Made by a program: the position numbers and the translations under genes | NCBI GenBank assembly: GCA_951406725.2 | Contig: OX597821.1 | Coordinates: forward strand, 41,478,001-41,542,000 | Source: Octopus vulgaris | Taxonomy: Eukaryota | Direction of reading: 5' to 3' | DNA length: 64,000 nucleotides | Part shown: one piece after another, positions 27,201 through 40,296 of the stretch | Numbering within the stretch: position 1 is the stretch's first letter | Layout of the letters: each line of letters begins with the position of its first letter | Notes under the pieces: generated by a model | Seen by the model: the letters and a program-made list of their open reading frames with translations, nothing else | Databases searched by the model: none | What the model was told of the DNA's origin: nothing

Positions 27201-30200
27201 AAGAGAAGTTGCTATACAATGTCAGTTGATGCTAACATAATTATTTCTTGAAAAAAGATAATCGAAGATCATGGTCCACTGTACTTTAACTATGATTATC
27301 TCAAAGTTGTAAAACTGCTTTGGAAAATTTAGAAAAAGTTTAGGACTTCAGCATTTTCAACTTTACTACTTTTATATCTCTACTGCTTGTGTTAAGGAAG
27401 TTCCATTTGCACCCACCCACACATGTAGTTGGATGTGCATAAATTGGTTATACACACACACACACACACACAAACATACACACATGTATATATATATAAT
27501 TAATAGAGATACAATTGACAATCCCCTCTGAAGGAATCATTTTCCTTAGTTTGTTAATTTATATATATACACACATATTATATACAAACATACATACACA
27601 CACATACACACACACACACATACACACACATATTATAACATGCGTGCATATATATCTGTGTATGTATACTTGATGTAGAGTACATTTTAATCCCTAAATT
27701 TGTCAAATGCCTCGAGCCATTCACAACCTAACACACCTTTCAGGCATTTCGACTCCATCTGAAGTAGCCATCAGAAGAAATCAATATTTAAATATTGTTG
27801 CTTACAGCATTTAACTATTCCATATTGTAATACCCACTATAAAATCTGAACCATCATCCTTATGAAATCAGTAATCGAAGGCAGCAAAATATGGCATTTT
27901 CAGCATTAACATGGCATTAACAGCATTCCATTGACATGAAAATCAACATCTCCCTTTGCTTACCCATGTATGTAACCATATAAATCCACAGCAATGTTTT
28001 ATGTGGATATCCTAGTAGATGTTATTATTGTTTAAACTCAGGTTAGCTTAAATCAAAGAGACCCATGGTGAAACCATTGAACAATGGCCTTCACCGTCTT
28101 TTTTTTTTCAGACAGTGTGTCTTGGATTACATTATTTGATGCCTTTCCATTTTTATGATGGCACAGTGTAGCTTAACAGGAATTTGACTGTTATTTATAC
28201 TAGACTGTGCAATAATGTAGAGGCTTCTTTGTGTGGAGTTTTTACGTGGTTGAATGTGAACGTAGTAGAAATAGAAGTGTTCTACACTCTCTGTATAATG
28301 AGAGTATATCGTCAGGAACTGAGATAAATAATTGTACTATTAATTCAAGACAAACACGCACAATGAACGAAATGAAGGTTATACAGGACAAATTGAGTTA
28401 ACTTGGAAGAAAAGAATTACAGTTCATCATCAACAAATATGATTTCTGAGTACAAGTAAAATTCTCATTAGTGAATATTTGACACTTGTGTGTAGCAAAT
28501 ATTCACACATAATTGTGTGCACATACACACACTCACACACACACACACATGCACATGTGCAAGAATGTATAACAGAATTTACACAGTTCTTCACAAATTG
28601 TATTGAGCATAGTAATGTGCACCACAACACATACAACATTATTTATATCATCAACATATAAGTTTTATACAAATTTCCTATAAACTGACAAAAATGACAG
28701 AGTATAGGACAAAATTTTTAGCATCTCAGTCCTGTATTTAGTTATGCCACTATGCATTCTGAGTTCAAAACCTGCTGAGGTAAACTTTTTTCTTTATCAC
28801 ACCAAGGCCACTAAAATAAGCAAACTACAATAAACTAGTTGAACAAATATCATAGTTTATTTGATATTCCTAAAATGCATCCAAGATGTAAATGGAATTG
28901 GGAAAAGGAGGAAATATGATGAAGTTTACATGTTCAACAATACTTTTAAAGGTGGAATACATCGTAATGTGTTTATAATTGTGTGTCAAACTCTTTTACT
29001 TGCAAACCAACAAACCAGAGGCAAGTATAATTGCTAGTTTCTTTTAATATATCATGCCTATTTTTGGTTTATCATCCATGTATTCTGAAATAAAGTATAA
29101 TTTGAAAGACAATTGCCAATCTTCCTCCACTTAAATATTAAAAACTTTATAAATCATATCTAAATAATGTCATATTTTCTTAAAACATGCCATTAGGAAG
29201 ATACATCCATAAAAAGTACACACAAATATACAGATTCATAAATAAAGAGTGTAAGGATCTGAGAAATGGCTTGAATGGACACCAAAATTTATCAGAAAAG
29301 AGGAAATATTTAAAAGGTACAAATGATAAAGAGGTTCACATTCTTTGCAATGATATCATAGATAAAGTTTGATATATGGTACAGATCAAATTATTTTCTG
29401 AGGATTTCCATAGTTTCCTTATTTTGCTTTTAATCATTCCTCATTCATAATGTCTGTACACCTGTAAATACTCTGGATAGAATATCACAATACAATGCTA
29501 CAGCTGCATCTAGAATGATGATGCTGCGACACATATACACATCTTACACTGTAGTCCATGAAGGTATGTTGCTGCCTTATCTAGGATGGTGCTACTACAA
29601 TATAATTCAATATTTTTGACAGCACCTCACAACAAGATACTGTTCCCACATCTGGGACACTCTTATTGCAAACTTGCAGACATCCAAGATTGTATTCCCT
29701 ATTTCTATCTCTGTCTCTTTCTCTCTCTCTCACTCTCTCTTCCCCCCCTCTCTCTCTCTGGAAGGGATTCATTGACCATCACACTCAAGCCTCCATCTGA
29801 TAGACACCATGTGAATCAGTCAGTGTTAGGGACACATAATTCAAATGGAGAGTTTTTATTGGAGGAAATTGTTTCCTCAGGTAACAGTTGCATTAAACTC
29901 CTCGTCTGTCTTTTCTACAACTGCAATAGTGGTCCTTATTCCTCAGTACTGTCCGGTTTTATGCTGCAACCACTCAGTACCTCACAACTTACTTATATCC
30001 CCTTCACTTGTGGCCCATTTTAAATCCACCCTTACCTATTCACACCTAGCACATATAATTTTTCCCTGCCCTTCTCCATCAGACAATCACTCTGCTGGAA
30101 TTGTCACCGTATTCTTCCTCCAGCCACCAATGTTGAACTGTTTAAAACAAATGTTAGCTGTAGTAATTTCACCAGTCCTAGTAGGCCTACCAAAGTCATG

Positions 30201-31439
30201 GATATGACTTCTTTCTCCAGATCAAACCATTAAAAAAATTATGCTGCAGTATTTCTTTTAAGAGATCCTTATATTTTCTGTCTGCAGCATTTGATGGGCC
30301 TTTTTATGGAAGAGTGAAGCACAATCCTTGATTTGTCTTTCAAATAAAGTTGATACATCAAGTTCAGCTTGCTTTGAGATGTGTATAGCTTTTGCCTCTT
30401 GGATTCTTACAGAATCTATTTTGTCACAACTATTATCCATGAAGGATTTTATATTGCTAACTGTTTTTAAACAAGATTCTGATCAGATCCTTTCTTTCAT
30501 CTTGTTTCAGTCACTGGGCTGCGGCAATGTTGAGACACCACTTTGAAGGGTTTTAGTTCAACAAACCAACTTCAGGACTTATGATTTCTTTTCTTTTCTA
30601 AGTCTTGTACTTATTTTGTGGATCTCTTTTGTTGAACTGCTAAATCATCTGAGTATTTTTAACAATTCTTCAATTGTCTCCATAAGAAAATATTTACAAG
30701 AAATCTTAAAAGACAAAAGTTGTCTTTCATTGTTTGACTCCCATGTCACCCATGACAAAACAAGCCCCTACTTCAAAGAATCACCATCTAACCACGAATA
30801 TTCTATTTTTCATATATCTATGACCACACTGTCCAGTATGTCCTTGTGTTTTTTAAGGATGTAGGATGTGTTTTCAGGGGTTTATTTGTTATTTCTAACA
30901 TTCTGGCAGGACAAGTGACCGCAGAGAAACTACTTTGTAGTTGGACATATTTTGATAAACCAAAACATGGGTAGTTAATACAGGGGGCTTCCAGTGACTT
31001 GAGAGGAATAAATTAAGGATGGTCATTAGGCTATGCCTCATTAATTTGCTATACTTGAGGAGTCTGTGCAGGTGGAGGAAGTAGTTGGACATCAAAGTGA
31101 TTGACCAATCTATGCAAGAAAGTTTATTGTGTTGGTCTGGATATGTGACCCAAGTGCATCTTGTTTGCTGCTTGAGTCATGTCTGAGAGTCTTTGGAATA
31201 GTAGAAAAGTGGACGGATGAGGTGGGTACTTAAAATTAGCCTTCGTAGAAACATTAAAAACCAATTCCTTTTAAGCTAGAGTGGATGCTAGCAGAGATGA
31301 GGATGATAGTGGTGGGGTTGGAGATGGTTATGATAATGATGATGATAATGTGATGACATGCAGGAGATGGAGAGGTAAGAGGATGATAGCTATGACAACA
31401 ATGATGGTGACACTGATGGCAATGTACTGATGACAATCT

Positions 31440-31501
31440 TATGATGATAATGATGACGATGATGATGATGAGGAGGACGATGATGATGATGATGACGATG
31501 G

Positions 31502-31583
<82 letters not shown>

Positions 31584-31736
31584 GATGATGATGATGACGG
31601 TGATGACAGTGATGATGATGATGAAGATGATGATGATGATGATGATAATGACTGTGATGATGATGATGATGATGATCATGATGATGATGACGGTGATGAT
31701 GATGGTTATGATGATGATGATGATGATGATGACGAC

Positions 31737-31768
<32 letters not shown>

Positions 31769-31967
31769 CGGTAATGATGATGATGATGATGATGATGATG
31801 ATAATGATGCTGCTGCTGCTGATGATGATAATTATGATGATGATGATGATGATAATGATGGTGATGATGATGATGATGCTGACAATGTCAATGACAATGT
31901 GTACAACAACAATGGTGCAGATGACAACGATGAAGACATTGATGATGTCGATGATGATGATGATGAT
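31440..31967. repeat. (ATG)n microsatellite
   Basis: Direct reading; source of the poly-M and poly-I ORFs. Confidence 0.95.
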
Positions 31968-32159
31968 ATAAAGGGTCCAAGCAAGACTTAATAATCTCCA
32001 TGGGCATCTTAGACTAGAGAGTAAGAAAAGCCAAGGGAGCTTACCCATCCATTAGCATATTATTTGTAAATAAGTGAACATATGTAATTGGCTTCCCTAT
32101 TCCATGTATATTATCTGCCCATTGTTGAGAGTACATTATTTCTGTTTCTCACACACACC

Positions 32160-32203
<44 letters not shown>

Positions 32204-32241
32204 TATATATATATATATGTATATATGTATATATATATGTG

Positions 32242-32310
<69 letters not shown>

Positions 32311-32789
32311 ATAGCTTACAGTGATGGTTGTCAAAACAAAACAAAAATACAAATAAAAGTAGAAATATTTGGTCTTTATAGAAAATGTTAAAAATGATTG
32401 CATTTGTTCCTGTTTTATCTAGTTTTCTTTTTCCTTTCCTTTATGAATTGAATCTTGCTGCATATCTTGATGGCATTTTTGAGTTTTTAGGCTTAAATTC
32501 TTTAATCATTTTTTTCTTTTTTTGTCTCTTTAGAGGATGATGAGGTAAAGAAACAATAAAAGACACACAGTCTATTAGACGGAAGGTGGAGATTCTATTA
32601 TGAATTTATGATGGAAGATATTTGGGAGAGCTGATGGAAGAGTTCTTGTTGAAATAGCTGTCATATTAGTGGGATTAAATGGGAAAAGGAAGACACAAGC
32701 GTTTTATTTTCTATCTTATCAAGAAAAAAACAAATTTGTTTATGTTTTGAAGATGATGGAATGGAAAATGTATTCAATGTGTAAATGTC

Positions 32790-32801
32790 TATGTGTGTGT
32801 G

Positions 32802-32847
<46 letters not shown>

Positions 32848-32865
32848 CATGCATAGATGTGTGTG

Positions 32866-32909
<44 letters not shown>

Positions 32910-33030
32910 TGTATATACATACATACATATATATATATATATATGGATCTATATACATATATATACATGTGCATATATATATATAGAGATAGATAGATAT
33001 ACATATAAATATACATATATATATGTATAT

Positions 33031-33061
<31 letters not shown>

Positions 33062-33241
33062 CATATATGTATATGTATATATATACACATATACATATAT
33101 GTATGTATATGTATATATATATATAGATGTGTGTGTATGTATATATATATGAACATATATATATGTGTGTGTATATGTATATGTATATGTATATATATAT
33201 ATGTGTGTGTGTGTTTGTGTATATATATGTTTGTGTGTATA

Positions 33242-33302
<61 letters not shown>

Positions 33303-33307
33303 ATATA
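32790..33307. repeat. (TA)n/(TG)n compound microsatellite
   Basis: Direct reading. Confidence 0.95.
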
Positions 33308-35147
33308 TTTCAAGTTCCCTTTGCTTTTCTTTTTTATATGAGGACAGTTAATAGTTTTTCTATGTTATTCTAAATCGTTGTTTGAGTTCGAGCAATATTC
33401 CTCACCATAGTCATCATTGTTGTAGCTCTTCTTCTTCTTCTTCTTCATCTTATTGATGTACATTTTTTTTTTCAAATTATCCGTTTGGCTTATCATGTTT
33501 ATTTTCTTATTAAATCTAAGGCATCTGCCTCTTCTTTGATTCATGAGAAAGGAAAAATAGAGAAGTTATTATACATGTTTTTTTTTTTTCATTTTCTTCA
33601 TTTCCAGTAAATTGTCTGCCAAACACTGGTTACTACACTTGAGTTTAAAATCTTTCTATTTACTTGACTTCAGTATTTCTCTTTGATTACATTTTAACTT
33701 TCCATTTTGTCTTTGTTAACTTACTATCAAACCATTTTTCTTTTACTTAAAAAAACGCCCAAACAACAAAAACCAGATTAGTCTTATTCAACTCAAAGCT
33801 AACATAACACCTTCACTTTGGTAAATTTTCAAATATCATAGTAGGCTTGGGTGCATTTTTGCTACTTAATTCTAATTGTAAGTTACTGTTCTCTCTGAAA
33901 TGCAAAACAGAAAAAAGAAAAAAAGTAGAATAGAATAAAATAAAAAGAAAAACAGTCTACATTTGATGCAATTACCATCACCAAAATGTTCCAGCATCTA
34001 AAAACCAAATCCATCATACCCAGACTGCCATACTGTCACCTTGTCCCACATAACTAAACGCTGCACAATGAAATGATATATATATATGATCTAAGCAGAT
34101 TAAAATGTCTCTTAGTGCAATTGTATATTGTGGTTCAGAATACCTTCCTTGATTTAGTCACAGAAATACTTGATTGAATGTGAATAAAGCAATTTGATTT
34201 GAAAGAAAAAAAATGGGCCATTTTCTCCTGAATTCTCTAAATGTAATATTGCTTGAAATGTTCCTTGTTCTTTCAGTTTTACCATCATGACAATGGTCAA
34301 TGGATTAGTTAATCCGCTGGTTAATCCATATGATTTTGTTAGGTGTCGGTAATTTCAGTTACTGTGAGGAATGGGAAAATCCAATGTTTCTGACTGTGGC
34401 CTTTCAATGGAATTTTTGAAGGCCAGTGGAAGTGAATCAGAAGTGAATAGGTTATTTGGTTAGGGAAAGGAATTGGATGTGCAGGTAATTAGCATATATG
34501 ACAAATGTGAAAAGTGGGGGAGGAGGAGAAGAGTGAGGTATGGGAGGAGTAGGCAGAGAAAGAGGGTCGATGTTAGATGCAGTGGGAAGGTAGTGAAGCA
34601 GACGATGTAATAAGAAGCTGACAAGAAGGAAGAGTAGCAGTGGGTGTGTTGGGGTGGTTGGTGAGGTGGGAGGAAGGCCAAATGGCCAAATGGACAATGT
34701 AGCAACATCGCAGATCGATGGTGTAAGTTGGTAACGAACAAACAGACATAGGGAAGTGGAAAAAAAAGACACAGACACACACGCATGAGGATAAGAATTA
34801 TACGAAGCAGGAATGAGTAAAGAATGAAGAGGATGACATATGAGGAATTAGGAGATAAGTGTTCCTACTTGTCAGGGAAGAGATTTGCAGCTGGAATTAT
34901 GAAGATTATTCTTTGAATTAACAAGAAGATGCAGGCATTGCTGTGGGCAAAGAGGTTTGCTTCCCAAGCACAGGATTCTGGGTTCAGTCTCACTGCATAC
35001 CACCTTGGACAAGTGTCTTCAACCAAAGTCTTGTGAGTGGATTTGGTAGATGGAAACTGAAAGCAGCCCATCATACACACACACACACACACACACATAC
35101 ATATATATATATACATATATATGTATATATATACACATATATATATG

Positions 35148-35191
<44 letters not shown>

Positions 35192-35193
<2 letters not shown>

Positions 35194-35610
35194 CGCAGGA
35201 GTGGCTGTGTGGTAAGTAGCTTGCTAACCAACCACATGGTTCTGGGTTCAGTCCCACTGCGTGGCTTCTTGGGCAAGTGTCTTCTGCTATAGCCCCGGGC
35301 CGACCAATGCCTTGTGAGTGGATTTGGTAGACGGAAACTGAATGAAGCCTGTCGTATATATGTATATATATATATGTATGTGTGTGTGTGTTTGTGTGTC
35401 TGTGTTTGTCCCCCTAGCATTGCTTGACAACCGATGCTGGTGTGTTTATGTCCCCATCACTTAGCAGTTCGGCAAAAGAGACCGATAGAATAAGTACTGG
35501 GCTTACAAAGAATAAGTCCCGGGGCCGAGTTGCTCGACTAATGGCGGTGCTCCAGCATGGCCGCAGTCAAATAACTGAAACAAGTAAAAGAGTAAAAAGA
35601 GTAAAAGAGT
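35192..35610 (+). mobile_element. SINE family A, full length
   Basis: ggcgcaggagtggctgtgtggt A-box, gggttcagtccc B-box, (gtaaaaga)n tail; partial copies on both sides (34930-35075, 35690-35920). Confidence 0.92.
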
Positions 35611-36050
35611 ATATATATATATATATATATCTGTATGTGTGTATGTATGTATATATACATGTGTGTGTGCATGTATTAGTGTATGTGTGTTTCCTTGTGT
35701 CTGTTTGTTCTCCACTACAACTCAACAGCTGGTGTTGGTGTGTTTACATCCCTGTAACTTAGCAGTTCAGTAAAAGAGACTAATAGAATAAGTACCAGGC
35801 TTTAAAAAAAACATAAGTCCTGGGGATATTTCATTCAATGAAAAATTCTTCAAAGTGGTGCCCCAGCATGGTCGCAGTCTAATGACTGAAACAATTAAAA
35901 GAATAAAAGAATAAAAGAAAGCTTAACTGCAGCCTTAGGAACTTTCAAATTCCAGAGAGAGAGAGAGAGCGGTTGTAGGGGGTGTCACCAAGGGACATGA
36001 AGTGGGGGTCCACATGTTTCAGAATACTTGTAAAGTTATTGCAGACATCA

Positions 36051-36276
36051 TACTCTTTTATACTCTTTCATTTGTTTCAGTCATTTGACTGAGGCCATGC
36101 TGGAGCACTGCCTTTAGTCGATTAAATTGACCCCAAGACTTATTCTTTGTAAGCCTAGTACTTATTCTATCAGTCTCTTTTGCCGAACCGCTAAGTTACG
36201 GGGACATAACCATGCCAGCATCGGTTGTCAAGCGATGTTAGGGGGAACAAACACAGACACACAAACATATACACAC

Positions 36277-36323
<47 letters not shown>

Positions 36324-36490
36324 TATGACGGGCTTTTTTCAGTTTCCATCTTCCAAATCCACTCACAAGGCTTTGGTCAGCCTGAGGATATAGTAGAAGA
36401 CACTTTCCTAATGTGCCATGCAGTGGGACTGAATTCGGAACTATGTGGTTGGTAAGCAAGCTACTTACCACACAGCCACTCCTGCTCCTA
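36051..36490 (-). mobile_element. SINE family A, full length
   Basis: Reverse complement of 35192-35610. Confidence 0.92.
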
Positions 36491-38255
36491 TGGAGATGTT
36501 CTTGGAATCAATCATCCAGTCGGCAACTTCTAAAGAAGGGATTATATTAAGAGCAGACAATGCAGTGTTTAAGAGTAGCAGAGATGGAAAGCAAGGGGTC
36601 ACACTGCGGAGATGAAAGGAGTGTAGCAAAAGGGTTCATTAAGAAACAGAAGGATTGAATGGTGTGGGAACCAAAGAAGCTCTCAAATTGGGGGCCATGT
36701 AGGGTTTTGTCACATTTGAATGGAGGTTTGACCAGAGCTGGTCAGCTGGAGAGTTACCCAGACACCATTTGTTTGCCTTGGTATGGTTTCTATGGCCAGA
36801 TGTCCTTCCTAATGCCAACCACTTTACAGAGTGAACTGGATGCGTTTTACATATCACCAGTCCCCACAAGCCCTCGACAAGGACCTCCAAGACAAGGAGA
36901 GGGATGCAGAGGACATGCTTGTATGTATGGAGGTGCTCTTTGTAAAATCTTTCACTCTCTAGAATGGCATTCATCTAGAGTTCCATCCTTAGTTTCATCA
37001 TTTCATCAAAAAGTTAGCCCTAAAAATTCAAACTAATTATCTGATAAAAGCTTCAGCTCACGACCAGAAAAGAAAACCCAGTTTCATTCTCTCTTTATAT
37101 GTTAATAGATTGACATGGTTTGCTGCAAGGTGAGATGGTCAGTTACCACTGTCTCCACTCCTATAAAGAAATATACATATAGATTAATTTCTATAATAGG
37201 AAAACTCCTGTAAACATTGACGAACAGATGCAAATAAATTGTTTAAACAAGTGTGATACCATAATGTATGATTCTGACAGAATATTGTGATTGAACATAA
37301 AGAATATACTAATTACCATCCACACCCTCAACCGTAAGAGTGGGGAGATGGGGAAGGTGGCTGGTAGGGTCGGGGAACAATCCCTGTTTATACAACAAAA
37401 ATAACTTTTGTTCAGGAATGAAAACTGTCTGGAGTGTTTCACTAGTGCACACAAAGCAGTATGAGTTCAAAACTTATTTATTTTCTGTTTAAACATAATA
37501 ACCAAGGCATTTTCTATTTCAATAAAAAAAAATCTCTAAAATGGAGGAAAAAAAAAACTAAACATTAAATCAAAAACTCTGGCAGACAACATCCAATATC
37601 CAACTCAATTTATTTCTAAATTTTTCTAATTAGTAACCATTTCAAGTTGTGAATTTGATTTTCCAAAATTCTTTTCAAACATTTCTAATTTAAAGACTTT
37701 TTATTTCTCTTTTACTGCTTTGAACTTTTTAATTGTTGCTAAGATTCTGAAAGCTAAACTAATGTTAAGATGAATCATTAATGACTGCTTCATTAAAAGG
37801 TGCTCATTGAAGAGATTAACAAAGAAATTTCGAGAAAACTTTTAATCTAGTTACAGAACAATGTTGAATTAGGCAACAGGTTAATATTTGCTGAGAAATA
37901 TTGAAATAAATTGCTTGTAAAATATTTATTAAGTGCGCTAAAATATCTATACAGGTTCTTTGTCTTATAGCTTCGTTGAAAAGCCACAAAGGTTTTAACT
38001 GTTACAAGTCACAAACACAGAATGGAAAGTACACATTTTAGCAGTATTGCGATATTTTGAGATGGAGAAACACTGATCTTGGAGAAACATTTTTGAATGT
38101 TAAAGGTCTAACCATTCTATAAAGCACAATTTGTGTATACATTAAATTCAGCTCCTTTTAAATATGTCAGTTTTTCATTTTAGTAACAAGCAGAAAAACT
38201 TGTTTTCTAAAACTTTATTTTGAAGATATTGCAATCAATTTTCTAAGACTTTCTA

Positions 38256-38657
38256 GAAAATTACTATTTGTAAATCTCACAATGAGAGATATTCAGCAAC
38301 AGTGCTTTGTAGTAAAGATTGTTTGGCAACATACCATGGCAGTCTTGGTTTAGGACGAATGTTGCTGTAATTTAGCCCCAGGAGACATCATCTCCAGTTG
38401 GCTATAGGATATGATCAGTGTCCTTATTTTTTCGAACAAGGGAATCTAGCATCACCACTCAGCTCAAAATAACCCGGAAATCACGATACACAGATATTGT
38501 TTTGAGCTGAGTGGGGGTGCTAGATTTCCTGGTTTGAAAATATAAAGACACAGATTGTTTCATATAGCCAGCTGGAGATGATGTCTCTTGGGGCTAAATT
38601 ACAGCAACATTCATCCTAAACCAGGACTGCCATGTTATGTTGGCAAATAATCTTTAC
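38256..38657. mobile_element. Palindromic insertion (about 160-bp arms plus 55-nt extension) with a 15-bp TSD
   Basis: Arms 38311-38471 and 38498-38658; direct repeat ttctaagactttcta at 38241-38255 and 38658-38672. Confidence 0.8.
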
Positions 38658-39480
38658 TTCTAAGACTTTCTATTACAAAATTTTCTGTTGTTATTCTTTA
38701 TGTTTAGCACCCAGCCAGCCCTAATTGCTGCATAAAAAAGGATCGTTGCCTCCCTTCCTCCCCACCTCTCTATTCTAAAAATTGGTAAGTGGCAGTAATT
38801 GTGGATGGCAAATAGTATATTCTTTTGACTGCAGCAATATGCTTTCACAGAATATTAGAAATGAAACACACAGCTTGTATGACAGTGGCACTCATTTACA
38901 GCTGTCACACAATTCCAAGACAAGGAAAGACAAACGTACATACATTCACATACACATTTACATCAGGCTTCTTTCAGTTTCCATCTACCAAATCTACTCA
39001 CAAGTCATTGTTTGACATGGGACTATAGCAGAAGTGACCAAATTCCATGTAGTGGGCCTGAACCTGGAAACATGCAGTTGCAAAGCAGACTTCTCAGCCA
39101 CACAGTGACACTGATAATTGCCAACCATGAAATTCTCGTCTCTTGAGTCACTTTGTAACTTGTTCCAATTAAAAATAAAATATTCGTAAAATCATGCTTT
39201 GCATTCTATTTATCCTATTTGCAATACCAAACCTATATATACCACTTATTCTTTATTTATTTCAACCATTAGATTATGGCCATGCTGGGGCACCACCTTG
39301 AAGGCTAATCAGACAAATGAATATTGACATCAACTGCTGTTTTTTGAAAACTTGGTACTTATTCTATCAGTCACTTCCATCAAACTATATATATATAAAT
39401 GTATATATTTGTCCAACCCATGCTAGCATGGAAAACGTACGTTAAACGATGATGATGATGATGATATGTATATATATATT

Positions 39481-39790
39481 AAAAGTGGGGAAGGCCGTTT
39501 TATGGGCTAACACTGGGTTTCCCATTCATAAAGAGTTTAGCTCTATGGCATTTTATCAGACCCCAAAACCTGTTGGCCTAAAACATTTTCAAAATATGGA
39601 TGGGGAAAAGCCTCTACATTTTGAAGAGGTCTTAGGCCAACAGGTTTTGGGGTCTGACAATACGCCATAAAACTAGACCCATTATGGATGGGAAACCCAG
39701 AGTAATCCCATAAACTGGCCTTCCCCATTAACAATATACACCACTCTACATCTTAGAGTGTGCTTCTTCTCCAGATTTGTTTTCTACAAG

Positions 39791-39792
<2 letters not shown>
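39481..39792 (+). mobile_element. Long-hairpin-plus-tail element in (TA)n, copy 1
   Basis: Inverted arms about 39485-39603 and 39610-39728, then tail cactctacatcttagagtgtgcttcttctccagattt; homologous to 46765-46982. Confidence 0.8.
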
Positions 39793-39827
<35 letters not shown>

Positions 39828-40053
39828 GTCAAAACTATTGAAAAGGTTGCAAGACGCAACGAAAACTTTAGAAAAGTTTTTTTAATTAAAAACGAAATAA
39901 GTGGAAATTTTACCAGTGAGTGTGTTAAATTATAGGGTACCAAAAGAGACTGACTCTCCCCAGACTCAACAGAATATGCTTCAACACATGAACTTACATA
40001 GAGAATCTTGCAAACCTAATCCAAAAATGAAATACATACATATATATATATAT

Positions 40054-40230
40054 AAAATTAACAGAATGAGATAAAATCCAAGGCTGTGAAAGATTTCAGA
40101 ACATTTATAAAGAGAAGGTCTTACAGCTGTTTCCAGTATATTATATATATCCCTTCATCAGAGACGGTGTGAGAAAATGGTTAAGCAATAGTTATTCTAG
40201 AGAAGATATGAAATTGAGAGTGAAGTGGAG
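40054..40230 (-). mobile_element. Short PLE-type terminus between (TA)n tracts
   Basis: Carries a hammerhead motif; bounded by TA repeats. Confidence 0.65.
40118..40165 (-). ncRNA. Minimal type I hammerhead ribozyme motif
   Basis: gtct-CTGATGA-agggatatatataatatactg-GAA-acagctgt-A-agac: stem I gtct/agac, palindromic stem III, GUA site; stem II imperfect. Confidence 0.75.
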
Positions 40231-40247
40231 GAATGAAAACAGACATG

Positions 40248-40273
<26 letters not shown>

Positions 40274-40296
<23 letters not shown>

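Noticed and set aside
29400-31250. Complex sequence that might be coding or an old transposon
   Set aside because: Only short ORFs with no motif I can recognise.
34455-34860. Purine/G-rich tract as a promoter or G-quadruplex
   Set aside because: G-runs are irregular and there is no associated gene.
39449-39734. Two similar peptides on opposite strands
   Set aside because: A trivial result of the inverted repeat.
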